Origin: Utricularia gibba
Lineage: Eukaryota > Plantae > Magnoliophyta
DNA length: 64,000 bases
Direction: 5' to 3'
Assembly (NCBI GenBank): GCA_002189035.1
Contig: CM007990.1
Coordinates: 4,526,001 to 4,590,000, forward strand
Shown: positions 23,579 through 37,545 of the stretch, one piece after another
How the letters are laid out: the number at the start of each line of letters is the position of its first letter
Numbering within the stretch: position 1 is the stretch's first letter
Made by a program: the position numbers and the translations under genes
Notes under the pieces: model-generated
The model's input: only the letters and a program-made list of their open reading frames with translations
Database searches by the model: none
What the model was told of the DNA's origin: nothing

Positions 23579-24642
23579 ATGGCAGAGGTATGATAGGTCA
23601 TTCAAAGGTTTGTACGAAGCAAAATGTCGCAAGAAATTGTAATCTCATGGTAGAGGATATGGCGTTTTTGCAGGAAGCTTACCAGGTGACATTGAATGTC
23701 TACGACCTAAGCCAGGGCCTGGCTAAGCAGTTGTCTATGTCACTGCTGGGGAAGCCTATTGAAGGCATATGGTAACTGCAATTCCTAACCTAGAACCAGC
23801 TCACTCACAAAAAATGTTCGCTGTGAGCTAACTTCCATTTTGAAACTTCAGGCACACAGGGGTGTCTGTATATGGTAACGAGTACTATTTTGGAGGAGGC
23901 ATTCAGGTAGATCCTGCTGGATCAACCCCATATGGAACTCCTCTCAAAATTGTTGATCTTGGGCTCACACATGTGCCAAGGGATGTCTTCGAGACGTATC
24001 TACACGAGATTGGCCCGCGCTACACGGCTGAATGCTACAGTTTGCTAACTCATAACTGCAATAATTTCAGCAATGAGGTTGCCCAGTTTCTTGTTGGTAC
24101 CTCCATTCCTGATTATATTCTTAATCTGCCGAACGAGGTCATGAGTAGCCCAATGGGAGCTCTAATGCGTGAGTCAATCACCTCTCTCTCATTGCAATTC
24201 ACACTGCACATTGCAATCCTAATGACTTGCTGAGCGTTCCCCTTTGAGTGCAGTGCCAATGATACAGCAGCTGGAGTCTACTTTAAGAGCAGGTGCTGTT
24301 CCTCGCGCCCCCCAGTTCAGCCCCTCCGCAGTCTCCCAATCTATTCACACAAGTGGCGGTTCCGCCAAGTCAACCGGTAAAACCTCAACCCCAACAGCAA
24401 ACGAAGGATCCCCTAGAAAAGATGTGCAGAATGGCAAGAGGGATGCCGTCGAAACTCCTAACTCAACCCCCGATCATGGTGCCACTAGAGATCCCCTTGG
24501 GAGAGCCCGAAGCAAGGTGCAAGAAGAGATCAGCAGCGAGTTCGCAGCACTCATGGCAACCGGGGCGTTTCGTGCTAGCGAGGCGGCAGCCATGGCCACC
24601 AAGCGAGTTATGCAGAGGTATGGCCAGCTGAGTACTGCGTAG
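23579..24642 (+). CDS. DeSI-like / PPPDE peptidase-domain protein; 4 exons
   Basis: MAE|EAYQVTLNVYDLS...GIW|HTGVSVYGNEYYFGGG...YSLLTHNCNNFSNE. The catalytic His and Cys are intact; C-terminus MAATKRV-like. Confidence 0.92.
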
Positions 24643-26158
24643 AGCTGGAAGCTCTCCGACCGACATTTCTCTGAAGCTGATCATCAATCTATCATCATTT
24701 ACGGTAGTTTTTTCTGATGTGATGTGATTCATGCCGTGAATGCTTCACGGGGGTCAGACTATGTCTATGTCTTCTCCGGTTGCATCATGTGACTGTGATG
24801 TATCAAATTCAGATTCACCATTTTATAAACAAAAGGCCCATCTCCGTAGGAAAACATTTGCAAGATCTCACATGAGCTACCCCCAGTTCCTTGTCTTTCC
24901 CCCAACCACCTCATGCATTAAACGCGCGTGGTACAGTGAATGAGCGTCCATCGGAGATGAGGGGGACGCGTCCGTGACACTGAGTGGACACATCAGACAG
25001 CCAATGTGATGTCTGATTCAAATGCTTCTCCTTCTTTCTTCTGTGTTCCGCCATTTTGAACTATCTGCACTTGCACACCATACTTACAGCTATGTTTTCT
25101 CTAGTCTCTAAACTACTATTTGCCACAAAAACAAGAGAGGAAGCAACCAGCAGAACCTGTATCATATTCTTGAGGGGAAGAAGGAGATGAGATGGGCGAG
25201 GCATGTGGTTGTCCCCAATGTCTTCGCGTGTGATCCCTCCCTTATGCCACAGATCATAGAAACAAACAAAACGAGCCTGGCTCTGTTATCTTACTGGGTG
25301 TTACTTATTGTTCATTCACTTCGCTCTCGTCAAACATGAAAACTCTTTTACTAACTCGAGAGTGCGTGCCCGCATGATCCAACTACGCCAACCAGAAAAT
25401 CACCTTTTTGTAAGTTTCTTCGATTTCTGATTGTTTCGTATCTTAATGATTCATGCTGCAAAAAGACAGCCCAACTAATCTAGCGAGATTGCACGCGGAA
25501 GCCACGAATCCACATGCTGGGGATCAAGTTTAGATGCACATGGTGATCAGCGGGCAATCCACATGTTAAAACCGAAATTTCACCTGCTAATGCATGAAAA
25601 TTATTACTGTGGAGCTGAATTCAGATTTTTATGACTTTTTTGTTCACGATGCGACGTCACCGGTTCAATTATTACCGCCTGACAGCTACAGTGAGGAAAT
25701 GAAGGGGAGAAATCACAAGTCCCGAGCACAAAAGATTGATGATTACGAAATGATAGCTTTGGCTGCAGCTTTTTGTTCCGTGGACAAAAGCAAGATCCAA
25801 AGCCATTTAAATATATGTTGATGGAAGAACCACCAGGCACACCAACTGCTTCCTGACTGGCGCCCATTGCGCTCTTCTTTCTCCAGTGAAAACCCTTGAC
25901 TCAGCATACGAGAATACAGACAAGCATACTACTCCACACACAAAAAACCTTAGCCCTCTAAAACCCCATGTCCATCTCTCGGAGCTCCTGTGTTTTGCAC
26001 CTCCAAGCACGGATCTTTATTGAAAGTAAACCACACTGGTTTTGGAGTACATGGTGGAAGACACACGGGTACAAAAGAATTGCTACTGGAGGTAGAGATG
26101 GGCGAGCTTCGAGTGAAGGACCACGCAGCGAGCAGGAAAGAGTGAATGCCTTCTGGTT

Positions 26159-26440
26159 TTACCTGTTGGCGATGGGGTTTGGTCCACTGGGCACCTCGTG
26201 AGCTCCTGCTTCGAACCGATCGCCGTCATTGCTTCTTGATGCGAAGGCGGTGCTCTTCGGGTGCAATGCGGTTGATTCCTCATGCAAGTCCCTGAAGATG
26301 ATTTCTTCCAACTCGTAGTTCTTCGGCTTCGTGGAAGCTTCCGCGGAGTCGCCGGAGGAGCTGACGAGGGCGGCGAGGAGGAGGAGGAGAAGGAGCAGAT
26401 GAAGAGTGGGGACTGAGCTCCTCCTGTGTGTTGTAGCCAT
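26159..26440 (-). CDS. CLE41: CLE peptide precursor, TDIF (CLE41/44) type
   Basis: Single exon, 93 aa, with a Leu-rich signal peptide and C-terminal HEVPSGPNPIAN-R. Confidence 0.92.
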   Translation of the reverse strand: MATTHRRSSVPTLHLLLLLLLLAALVSSSGDSAEASTKPKNYELEEIIFRDLHEESTALHPKSTAFASRSNDGDRFEAGAHEVPSGPNPIANR

Positions 26441-26807
26441 GCAATATGGGAGCCTGGAGGCGGAGATCATGAGCGTATATGAAGGAAAGGAACGGAGGGG
26501 AAAGTGGGGAAAAAATGGGTGAATAGAGAGATGGAAAGGCATGTTGTCTAACATCTCCAACAACCGTACAAAATACATGGATTCACTCTTCTCCTTTTTG
26601 CCCTTTTTCTCTTTCTTTTTTTAGTCAAAGTCTGAAATCCAAAAGGTGGTATGACCCAACTCTCCTAATCAGAAGAGTTGATGGGAATGCTTAATGCTCA
26701 CACTTGTGCAGTTTTGCAGCTCCTCATATTTGCATGTTATTGCCAATAGTTGACATAGCTCGCATTCGATTCTGTTTCAACAGGCCAAATAAATCCTTCC
26801 ACAGAAA

Positions 26808-27786
26808 TCAGTTTCCAGGTTCTTCATCAGCAGGATTTGATTCTTCAGATGAAGTGATGACAGGTGAGCTCCCGGAGGCCGGAGGGGAGACTGCATTTGC
26901 TAGACTGACGCCGCCGTTGAAGGTTGCCTGAACCTCTGTTGCAGGCGTCCGGAGACTTGACTGCCGTGTTCCAACGGCTTCCCTTGCAGCTTGCTCCTTA
27001 GCCCGTCGAGCTTTCTCCAGCACCTCCTCCTACAATTAGAATACCATTTGAAAATGCTTGAAAACGTGGTTCCATTTACCAGAAGTGCTTTAGACAGCAC
27101 GAATGAACACAGCATTCAAACTTACTGGCTTTTAAGCTAAGAAGGGTCATAACTTTCTTCATGGAATGAAATGTGAAGAGATGATCTTTTATACCTGAAA
27201 CTCTTGAACTTGCTTCTGTTGCTCAGCTTGGAATCTACCAATTGCGCTGAGAAGCTCACCCAAAGCCGATTCTGTGCGCTCGCTAAATGTTTCCGCTACA
27301 GCCTTCCCCAAGAAAAATGCGTCTAGGATTGTCTTGCTCCCGTTCTCACCTGAAGAAAAACCAAAGCTTTCTCTTGTCAAGTCATCATGAATCAAACAGA
27401 GACTTCCGAACCCTGTCTAAACAGTTGATGCACATCGTCAACACAAAAGGAAAATGATATGAAACGGGAAACAGCGACACGCGGCCACAACAAATACGTA
27501 CATAAATACCTAAAACCCCCAAATCAAAAGAGGAGACAGACATACCCGACTCACCAGCAGCGCTGCACCGGAAACTGAATCTCTGAGAATCGTGCAGACG
27601 GAAAGCATAGCACAACCGGCGGCCCTCTCGCCCGCCATTAGAATGACTGATTCTACGCGGAACAGAGCAGAACAACGAGAAGGATTGCGGCGATCGTGTC
27701 ATTCCCAGTCCGCCATTCACTTTAGCTTCTCCGCTACTCGAATTGGCCGGAACAGAACAACACAGCGAGAAAGAAGATCCACTCAT
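26808..27786 (-). CDS. Uncharacterised plastid protein, At4g13200-like; 3 exons
   Basis: Transit peptide, then GENGSKTILDAFFLGKAVAE...GRFQAEQQKQVQEFQ|EEVLEKARRAKEQAARE, a conserved family signature. Confidence 0.85.
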
Positions 27787-28346
27787 TTCAGCTTCCTTCT
27801 CCTCCACCCGAATTCCCTTCCGTCCGCTTCTCCAGAACTCTCTTGTCCGCGACAAAGCACTTGAATGATATTGGTCCATCCGAGGGCCTAAACCTTCCAA
27901 AAGACCCTTCGCTGATTTCGTGGGGACCGTCAACCCATTGGGCCTTGAGCCGGACTCAAAGCCCATCATCATAACATCCATTGATTCAGGGCCCAATAAA
28001 ACCTCTTCACAATTTTAATTTTTTTATCAATAAAGATTTTTTTTATACATTATTTGAAATTGAAATGAAGAAGAAATACCTAAATCTAATTATCTAATTT
28101 AAATCATTTATATAATTTTTCAAAACATGCAATAATCCATTCATATCGATTTAAGCTATTAAATATATTAATTTTTATATTTATATTTATTGATAGTTCA
28201 TAAATTTCAATTTTATTTAATAGTTTCGATAATGAGCATTTAATTTACTTAAATAATTTGTCATTCTTTCACAATTTCTAATGTTTTAGAATATATTAAA
28301 TAAAATTTCTATTTTAACAATCAATTTTTATGTAAAACCCATATAT

Positions 28347-28822
28347 CAAATATCACGACTCATTTTAGTTTTGTACGATATTATTCATTTTGATTATTTA
28401 ACTCTTATAATTTTATATTTTCTTTTATTATGAAAAAAAACTTTATACAAGATTAAAAAGATTTTTCTATTTAAACACGTCTTTTTCTTCATCTGTAATT
28501 AATATGATATATCATCATCAGTCATATGAATTTATATCCTTCTCCCCTTCTTAAAAACTAAAGGTGCTCACTAAATCTCTCAGCATCCCACTATTGATAC
28601 TAGCATCAGTTTGATTCTAATACCAAATATCACGACTCATTCTTATTTTGTAAAATACTATCTGCTTCGAACATTCAAAATTACAATTTTACATTCTATT
28701 CTTTTATAGAAAATATCTTATATAAAGTTAATAGAATCATTTTATTTAAGTATATTTTATTCTCTATCCGTAATGAATGTGGTATATCATTACAAATCCC
28801 GTGACTTATATTCTTTCATATT
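28347..28822. repeat. Two degenerate direct copies (about 200 bp, 277-bp period) of an AT-rich dispersed repeat
   Basis: CAAATATCACGACTCATT occurs exactly at 28347 and 28624, with colinear similarity downstream. A related inverted copy lies near 50050-50200. Confidence 0.75.
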
Positions 28823-29324
28823 AAATTAAAATTAAAATTTACATAAAGAAAATATTCGAATTTAATTAAAGTTTATTCTTGTGGGAGGGGTCGGGTCGGG
28901 GCGACATAGGGGACTGGACCCCATGTGGAAGGATAGCGCGGTTAGGCTCCATGTGGCGGGCAATTAATTGGACACAAACGTCTTGTAGGCATTGAATGCG
29001 CCTGTCTGGGGCGTAACATGGTCAACTCTGTCTCCCCACGACATCGCCCCCTGCTGCGCATGCCCAAACCCATCTTCTTCTTCCACGATCGACGCCGCCC
29101 AATCCGCATGGCGGCGCGTCTGCTGCCGGGGATGAGCCAGCCCGTCATCTCAGCGGCGGCATTGTCTCCGGGTCAACTTGGGGAGTGCCGGGCAACCGCA
29201 GTATCTGCCATTAATGGCCAGTATCTGCTGCCATCACTCGTTTGGAGAAAGGGCACATGGTGTGGCTCCACAACGCAAGTGGACAGTTAAATCAGTTGTA
29301 CGATTCCCCCATCACATGGGGTCG

Positions 29325-29346
29325 CCCCCCCCCCCCCCCCCCCCCC
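29325..29346. repeat. Poly-C tract (22 nt)
   Basis: Direct reading. Confidence 0.9.
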
Positions 29347-30245
29347 ATTTAAACCCAACCGAAACAAACTACCATCATATATATTATCATCACTATTTTT
29401 TTTTGAAGATAAATAACACATTGTAATCGTATATTTGGTAAGTAACGATGTATGGTATGTGTTTAATTCATCTCACAATATCATGTTTTTCTTTTTCAAT
29501 CACATGATAAATATATATGAGATTATGCTACTACTGGATTTTCATGGACCTATGTGACTGGCTCGAAACGAGCTTAGAACCTAAATGTTGTGTGCAATCA
29601 CAATAATCATGTTTTGTAAGATATCATAAAATTTCTATTATATTAACTATGAGAGATGCCCCTTTTTAGGTAACATAAGATCATTTTCTAGACCCAACCT
29701 TCATCGTATAACCATACTTTTATGGACCAACTTGGAATAATCATGGTTTGTGGGATATGACAAGATTACTACCATACACTATATAACGTAGACCTACATA
29801 AATAAATACCTCTCTGTTTCTTTATTTTTGATTTCTCCCATGACCACATAATCAGCAAAGCACCTGGGGGGACTGGTCTTGTGAATTTCATTGCTGCAGT
29901 TGCTCATGTCTGTCGTGGAATGTTAGAATGTGGGTCGGGTTACACCATTCGGGTCTGGATGGATAATGGTGATGTATGATGGAGGCGATTAGAGGGTTCG
30001 CCGCATGGAAGATAAAAAAACACATGTATGCAATACAATTTCTCGGCCTGCGGCAACACCGTCAGCCCGACTCTGAAGGAGGGGGTCCATGGTTCGTGCT
30101 CAACTGCACAATGCCCCTCTCTTTTCGTCGTACATGTAGAGAAAAGCAGCCGATTCCCAAATCTACCCCTTCCCTCCTTTTCCTTTTCCTTGCAGATGAC
30201 TGCACATCCCCGTATATATTTATCTTTGCTGTGGTGTTGTCGTCC

Positions 30246-30611
30246 ATGGACACTGAACTGGTAAAGTGCGAGTGCTGCGGGCTCAAGGAGGAGTGCACGC
30301 TGGAGTACATCGCCCAGGTGAGGGCCAAGTTCAATGGGAAGTGGCTCTGTGGGTTGTGCTCGGAGGCCGTGAGGGACGAGAAGAAGAAGCGCTCCGGCTC
30401 CGGGATGGCGGAGGCGGTCGACGCCCACATCTCCTTCTGCCAAAAGTACAAGTCCAATAATCCGGCGGTGCGAGTTGCGGACGGGATGAGACAGATCCTG
30501 AGGAGGAGATCAGGAGGCACCCCTTCTTCTTCTTCCTCCTCCTCTCCTAAAAAGTATTCAAGATCATCCAGCGATCCCCAGGCCTTCAGTGAATCCACCC
30601 ACTTTGTCTAG
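30246..30611 (+). CDS. DUF1677 family protein
   Basis: MDTELVKCECCGLKEECT...FNGKWLCGLCSEAVRDE...H..FC...NPAVRVADGMRQILRRRS, single exon. Confidence 0.9.
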   Translation: MDTELVKCECCGLKEECTLEYIAQVRAKFNGKWLCGLCSEAVRDEKKKRSGSGMAEAVDAHISFCQKYKSNNPAVRVADGMRQILRRRSGGTPSSSSSSSPKKYSRSSSDPQAFSESTHFV

Positions 30612-31382
30612 TCACCAGGAGCGAAGAACTTTCCTGCTCCGGTTTCCTTACCTTACCCTTTCCCCATGAAAACTGGGTTTCCATGTTCATGAAGAAACAC
30701 AGGCCCTTGAGCTCGTGCGAAGAAGACAAAGTTTTACTGTATGGGATTAGGGAAGCTCTAAATGAAGTTAGGGAGTTAGGGCGAGAGGTAACAATGATTG
30801 GCTCCAACCATTTCTATCTCCACATGGATTTCTTATTCGTGGGCCCCACTTTCAAGATCGAATTAGGGCATCCTTCTATTTAAGATAATACCTCCTTACA
30901 ATTATTTAAATAGATAATCATTTCCAACGTGAATCAAGTGGGGGGCCAATTTCAAAATGGAATTTCGTAAAATAGATATTATTATTTTAATTATGTAACA
31001 CAAAAAGATAATACTCTTATTAATGGTCTACATGGAAGCAGTTACACAGTTAGAAAAGTATTCTGAAATAATGTTAATCATCAAATATAAATATTTTTTT
31101 ATTTTGGAAAAAAATAATCTACTATAATACACAAATAATCCCAAAATTCGATTTTGGAGCACATGTGTGACCTAAATTGGTAGGATACCATGGTAGGGCG
31201 ATAGGGGGGGGGGGATCATGCTTCACTAGAACGGTGAATTGGTACATAAATGCCTGTACTAGGAGGTTTAATTGTACATGGTGAAGGGTGTTGTTCTTTG
31301 TCGCGGCTCTATGGTAATGCATATGATTATACACGTGTGTGTACACAATTGGCCGGATTTTACATACCTAAAAAATGAAGCT

Positions 31383-34300
31383 CTAGGTGAGAAAAAGACC
31401 GTCCAGCAGGGGCTGTTCGGCGTCAACTTCCCCTCTGTCCGAGCGACCATCCCTGCAGACAAAAGGATGGGAAGGTTATGGTTCATGCCCAGTTCCACAA
31501 ACTTGGTCTTGGCGGCGGATAAAATGGGTGGCGAGAGGTGGACAGAGACCTTACACTAGTGCTTTGAAGCTCCAAAGCTGGGGCGCTATCGTTGTCCTGC
31601 AAGCAGCAAGTGTTTTTTTTTTTTTTTATTGGGTTATGAAGAAGTTGCAGATACACGGCTGGATTGAGTACCTCGATCAGCAAATCCTTCCGTGAAATCA
31701 TACCGATCACACGAGAGGGGCGTGGGACGACTAGCAGATGTCTCAGGCCTAATTGCCGGAAGAGATTGTACACCTGAATGTGAGATGATGGGAGCAGATG
31801 AGAGGAGAGGAAAGAGTTGATAGTGGAATGAGGGAGGGAAGGGGGTTTGTCACCTTTGTCAGAGACATGTCCTCCGGGACTACGTAGGGAGAAGGGTTCA
31901 AAAATGGAGCCAGGTCGATGTACATTTCCAGATCATCAGGGGTAAGGCTGATGTCATCTATAGAAATCCCTTTACTGGAAACAGGCTTGACAAACTCCGT
32001 GAGATTGTGTCTGCATCGTAGAAGTTCATGTGAATAATCCTGAATGAGATAGGAAAACTATAGCTTTTAACTTTCTTTTGTACCTCATTGGTGCAGGTCC
32101 GTTTCTGGAATTAAATGGCAGTGGACTGTTTTGGAAATCCACCTTGGACTGTAAGAGAACAAGCAAGTGGCTGCAGAAAACGAGTCTCGTTGTATTGGAT
32201 GAATCATCGTATTTGCAAATCATGAAAGTAGATATGTACCAATACATAGAGAACTGACCTTCTCAAGATGAGTCCAATGACAAGCGTCTCTCCGCTTCTG
32301 GAATGATCTATTACCTGAAGAAACGAGGGAGGGAAAAACACTCGCACGGCGTCGAAACCTAAGAAATGAAAAGGAAACACTCCGTACTTACAGGAAAGCC
32401 ATTGTGATTATTGCTCCTCAGAATAGAAAGTACGTCAACGACCTTCACAACTCTGGGGAAGTAGACAACCTGCACGGCCGAGGGAAATCTCAATGCATTG
32501 GGAATTATCAAGTAGGGAAAATGTGCAACCATAATGACTTGCAAAAAGCATTTAGGTATACAAAGATCCATCTCAGCTCTCCAAAATGTAGCCAAAATTT
32601 GAAATCTAAGAGTTCTTTGTATTATCACGTACATACTAAATTAGATATACTTTTGAGATAATGAAAACTGCTGGTCGGTAATGCGCAACTAGAAAAAAAA
32701 AGGAGAAGCATAATGTTCTGCAATGGGAGAGAAACTTGCAACCAACATGCCATGATAAACCATATTTAGATGATTAAGAACCTGTTGACTTCTACAAGCC
32801 TCCTTAGCTGTCATAGTTCGCATTTGGTACTTGGGTCTGGATTCCAACAATGGGATCCCTCTTAGACGTGCTTGCTCCTCATAAAGGCCTTCATTAAAAG
32901 CGTCCCCAACAGCCTATGTCACGAATTAAATAGATTAACTGATACACAAATCAGACCAGTGAGTTTCAAACTGAACTGAGAAGGAAAAATCACACCTTGG
33001 ATAAAAGAAGAACCAGCATAATCAGAGGTAAAAACTTCAAGTTATTAGATATCTCAACCATTATGACACAAAGAGAAACAGTCATCCGCATTGATCCCCC
33101 AAGAAAAGATGCAGCGCCTAGAAGAGCATATCTGGGGTTCCAGAAGTACTAAGATGTTAAGCTCTGTGATTCAAACAAATTAATGAGAGCATTTAACACT
33201 TTATAAAGCAAGAGGACTTACGTTCCTTCTTCAATGTTCAATTTGCGATAAAAGCTGACAACAAACATGCCAACAAGCCGCCCATAAGTCGAGCCTATCA
33301 TTATTCCAGGAACAAACTGGCCAGCTGGAACAGCAGTACCAAAGGTGACTACTGCCAAGGAGTAAAACATTACCTGGAACAAAGAAGTGACATAGCATCA
33401 GTGAAGTCTAAGGTACTTATCCAGCAGAAATTAGAATTTTATCATTGTTTACGTAAGCTATGAGGCATTGGTGTTGAGTCGTGTTTCCATAATCTTCTTT
33501 GAAAAAAATAAAAGAGACGTTCAAAAGGTAGCCAACACAGTACATACAATATGAAGTAAGAACCATCCAAGGAAAAGATATAACACAGTTCGTCTGCACA
33601 AAATCATCCTAAAAAATGCATCTAAAATCCTTTGCCAAAACGATCACTGTGACAAATAGAAAATCTCATGCAGTACAGAGGGTCAGGTGATGAACCTTAG
33701 CATTACATAAAAGCGAAAAAAAGGCTTAAAGTTTCTGCTGTACCAAAAAAGTTAGCAGGCTCTGAGCACTAAATTCATGAATTGTCTTAGCACTGAACAA
33801 ATTTCTGATGGCGTCATCCTGTAAACAAATAGTGTGAGTAAGCACGGCCACACTAGAATAGAGGAAAAAAAAAAAACTCCAGAGTAAAGGCTAACCTGAG
33901 TGTTGAAGAATATTGTTGCAAGGTCATTGTACTCATTGTTGGCACAATAGAACTGTCAAAACATACTGTTAAATTCTGAATATCCAAGCAATATACGTTT
34001 CCATAAAAAAATTTAAAAAATTAGGCAGGAAGTGGACATTGCTTGCTGCAAGCTAGAAACAAAAGACTAGCTGCAACAATCCCACAAATCACATTAAACT
34101 AAAGTCGTTACAAGCAACACTAACAGCAGCAGCATCAAGTGCTAATCCAAACGAGAGACACAGAGATAGCGTGTGTATATTAGCAAGAAAAAACCAAACC
34201 AACAAAATCTTACATTGACATAATTCCCATACATCCCAGGGCGGCGTGGACATTCAATACCAGAATTAAGATCTGCTTCTGGGCATGGAGTGCATTTTCT

Positions 34301-37087
34301 GATAAGTGGTAACCCAAATGAAATAACTGAGGTTATCACAGAGATAGTGCACGCTTCAAGGACCTATTAATATGGGGGATGTCACAGCTTCACCCAATGA
34401 ATATAATCATCTCATTTTCAGGAACTTACCTTCACATGATCACCCCTCTTATGCAAATAATTCCTTCTCCAGTGAGATACATAAAGAGTGAGCTGATTAA
34501 AAAGTGCCCCTGCAAAATGCACAAACAGGCATCACATACCTCAAAAAGGCAGGAGCTGTTAAGGACTCACTTGTAAACTTGTGTATGGTTATGCATACCG
34601 AGAAGACCCCCAATAACTCCTATAATTGCCATAGGCAACAACTCCTGGAATGAGTAATCTTCTTGGCCACTAAAAATAATAATGTTTAGCATACGGATGA
34701 AAACTTGTAACACATCAAGTGAATGCTAAGATGATCACCCTGAAATGTCCCAAATAATAAAACCTCCAGAGCCAAAATGCCCACACTTTCCACTGGTACA
34801 CCAAGCCATAGCAGTACGCACCACAACTGCCACAATGGCAGATGTAAAAAAAACTCGCCACATAAGCTGACTCCTCCACCTGAAACAATAAGAGGAAGGT
34901 CGTAGGGTTCAGGATGCAATAGCACTCATTTATTATTGGTAAGCGTGATCTTCAGATTTCAAAAATCCCAATATCTCGTCTACATGTATATGCACAAATA
35001 GGGTCTCTCCATAATATCTGGAAATTCAGCGCATACTTGACTAGATTATTAAATAAATAGGCTCATTGTACATATCTCAGTAACTTCATCAGCCTTGTGC
35101 TCTTGAGAAGTGGAAAATATTGGAGAGTCAAAATAGAAATTTTTTAAAAAAAAATCAAACATTTAAAACGGCTAGAGATGCTACAGAGCAGACAATGATC
35201 TTTTAGTGAAATAACAGTACCATGATGTTACTTCTTCCAGTGCGAAGAGCACACCGCCAACTGGAGCCCTAAAAGCTGCAGCTACTCCTGCTGCGCACCC
35301 ACAAGTGACCTAGTTCAAAATAAGCAAGCATACCAGAATACACAGTAAACCAACAAGGTTGCAGAAACTAGACCTTCTAATATAAGATAAAGATACATAT
35401 TTAGTTTGTAAACTCACAAGATCACGACGATCTCGTTCATTTGTGAATATTTGAAGCCATTTTGAACGAAAATGATATTTCGTAGATCCACCCTGTTTAG
35501 TAAAAGATAATTGTTAGACACAGATATCTTAAATGAAAACATCCAGCTACTAAGATAAATGATGCAAATGAAATTCTGAGTCAACTAGCCAAATCAAAGA
35601 ATTTGACGTTAAAACCCTCATACTAATTATGAACTTACTTGTCCAAGTAATGAAGCTATACAAGCACCAATATGAACAAGTGGACCTTCTTTACCAAGGG
35701 CCAAGCCACCTGCAACGGACCCTATGCTACCAAAAATCTGTCATTAGGGAGAAAGAGTAAAAATTCCATAAAAAAGATGACGGTGTGAAGAAAAAATGAA
35801 TTGTGATGGTGCCTGACCTTCCCAACCAAAGTTCTAAACAGAAGTATGCCACGTGTGTCAATACCTGTATGTTGAGTGAATCATTATCAGATATAAGAAC
35901 ATCCAAATGACCAATCTTGTTGGAAGAATTGTAAATACCATTTAAATAACCCTTAATTTCAGGGATTCCAGATCCAGCAGCTGCTGGTGCAAAATGCGTG
36001 ACAATATATACAGAGGATAACACCAGAGCCAAGTTGATCAGCGTATAGACCAAGAATCCAGCAAAGTATGACCTTTGAATTATGTTGAAGGTCAAGGAGT
36101 ACTTCCATCCAGCAAAATTTTCAACAGATATATTGATAAGAATGGCAGCTAGTGCAGTTCCTGATACATGCAGAAAAACATTTAAATATTGGACTCAAAC
36201 CACACATAAGAGATATAAGGATTAAGGACTATCTTTCTTTTTGTTCAATAATTCCATTCTTATTTATCTTAGGAATTTTGGGCATATTTCAACTTTCTTC
36301 CATGCTTCCATTTCTTATCCCAAACTTTTCAATAGTTATACATTCATGCAATATTTTCGTATTTTGTCCATGAAAAGTACACTCAATCTCAAACTACAAG
36401 AATAGACACATGAAAAAATCACTTAACAAGAATAGAATGTCAACATGTGAGCATGTGAGTAAAAATATCTAAGATGCAGTGGGTGTAACATGAAATAAAA
36501 GTTAAACTCACCGATTCCAATGAGAAAAGCCAAAATCCACTTCACCATAACAATATATGCAACACACAGCTTTCCCCGGTTTGCCTGTAAGAGGACAAAT
36601 AACCTTTTTTTAATCACATATGTCGTGTCTTGTCAAGTATGAATACTTAATAATCCAAAAATATTCAATGTAGACTTTACGTTGTTAAAAATTTATTAAA
36701 AGACAAATATTTCCACTAAATTGGCAACCCCCCACTACGACCACCAATAATTTAGAAACAAACTTTCTAACTTCATTCATAGGTGGATGACAAACTAAAA
36801 GTAAAATGTAGTTCTGCACAGCTCAAACACTGTGTCGGAAAAAAATTCATAAGAATCATTTCGGCAACATGACTGACAGATAAAAATCCACGAACCTGTT
36901 CTTCCCTGTAAGCGCTATTCTCAATAACTTCATAATCAAGGCTCTCAACATTTCCTGTTTCGTCTTCCCTTAAATCGCCTAGCAGGTCACGAACTCCAGC
37001 GCTGTCCGTGTTGGCTTCCGAGTTGGGAAGACGTGACGATAGCAGTTTAGCCGTCTCCATTCCATTCTCCAAATGATCCGAAAGCAT
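31383..37087 (-). CDS. CLC-d: Chloride channel/anion-proton exchanger CLC-d; many short exons
   Basis: MLSDHLENG start, SLDYEVIEN, selectivity motif GSGIPE (Ser, chloride type), GKEGP gating Glu, GGVLFALEE proton Glu, [16 protein letters not shown] domains, and C-terminal [10 protein letters not shown]. Confidence 0.93.
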
Positions 37088-37481
37088 CACGACTATGTGT
37101 GGTCGGCAAAACGTGAATGACAGCTAGCTTGATCGAACCTAAACCCTCATCGAAAACATTTCTTTTTCAGAGAGAGTTACGTGAACGGAGGATTTTAGCC
37201 ACACAACCTGCAAATTCTGACACCCCCTGGGACGATCAAATTGGACCGGCAATTTAATATGAAACACGGAACCAAGTTCTGCGCACCTTGGCGGCCTCCG
37301 TCCCAATTCCGATGGAGAAAAACGAGGAATGGAACGTCAGAGCCTGACTTAGCGTGCATTCATTCGCTATGAAAACTACGGAGTGCTCAATACAGCAACT
37401 GTAAATAATCTATTTCTTAGATTCAGGGAAGAAAATGTGTTAATGTTCTTCCCTAGTCTAGACTATTCCCCACACTGCGTC

Positions 37482-37545
37482 GGCCCATATAAAGGATGGG
37501 CTGAGCTGATGTACGCCCGGCCCAGTATTTGTTCAGAAAAGCCCA
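37482..37545. promoter_or_regulatory. Site-II motif cluster in the CLC-d/MAP70 divergent promoter
   Basis: GGCCCA at 37482 and 37519, AGCCCA at 37540, within the 682 bp between the ATGs. Confidence 0.5.

Noticed and set aside
27787-27996. Upstream ATGs extending the At4g13200-like ORF
   Set aside because: The region carries promoter site-II motifs, and the Ser-rich transit peptide starts at 27786.
29243-29260. TGGAGAAAGGGCACATGG resembles miR164 (UGGAGAAGCAGGGCACGUGCA)
   Set aside because: It lacks two internal bases, and no complementary star arm forming a precursor hairpin is visible on either side.
29976-30245. N-terminal extension of the DUF1677 ORF (211-aa ORF call)
   Set aside because: The family normally starts just before CECC, and the extension has UTR-like pyrimidine-rich composition.
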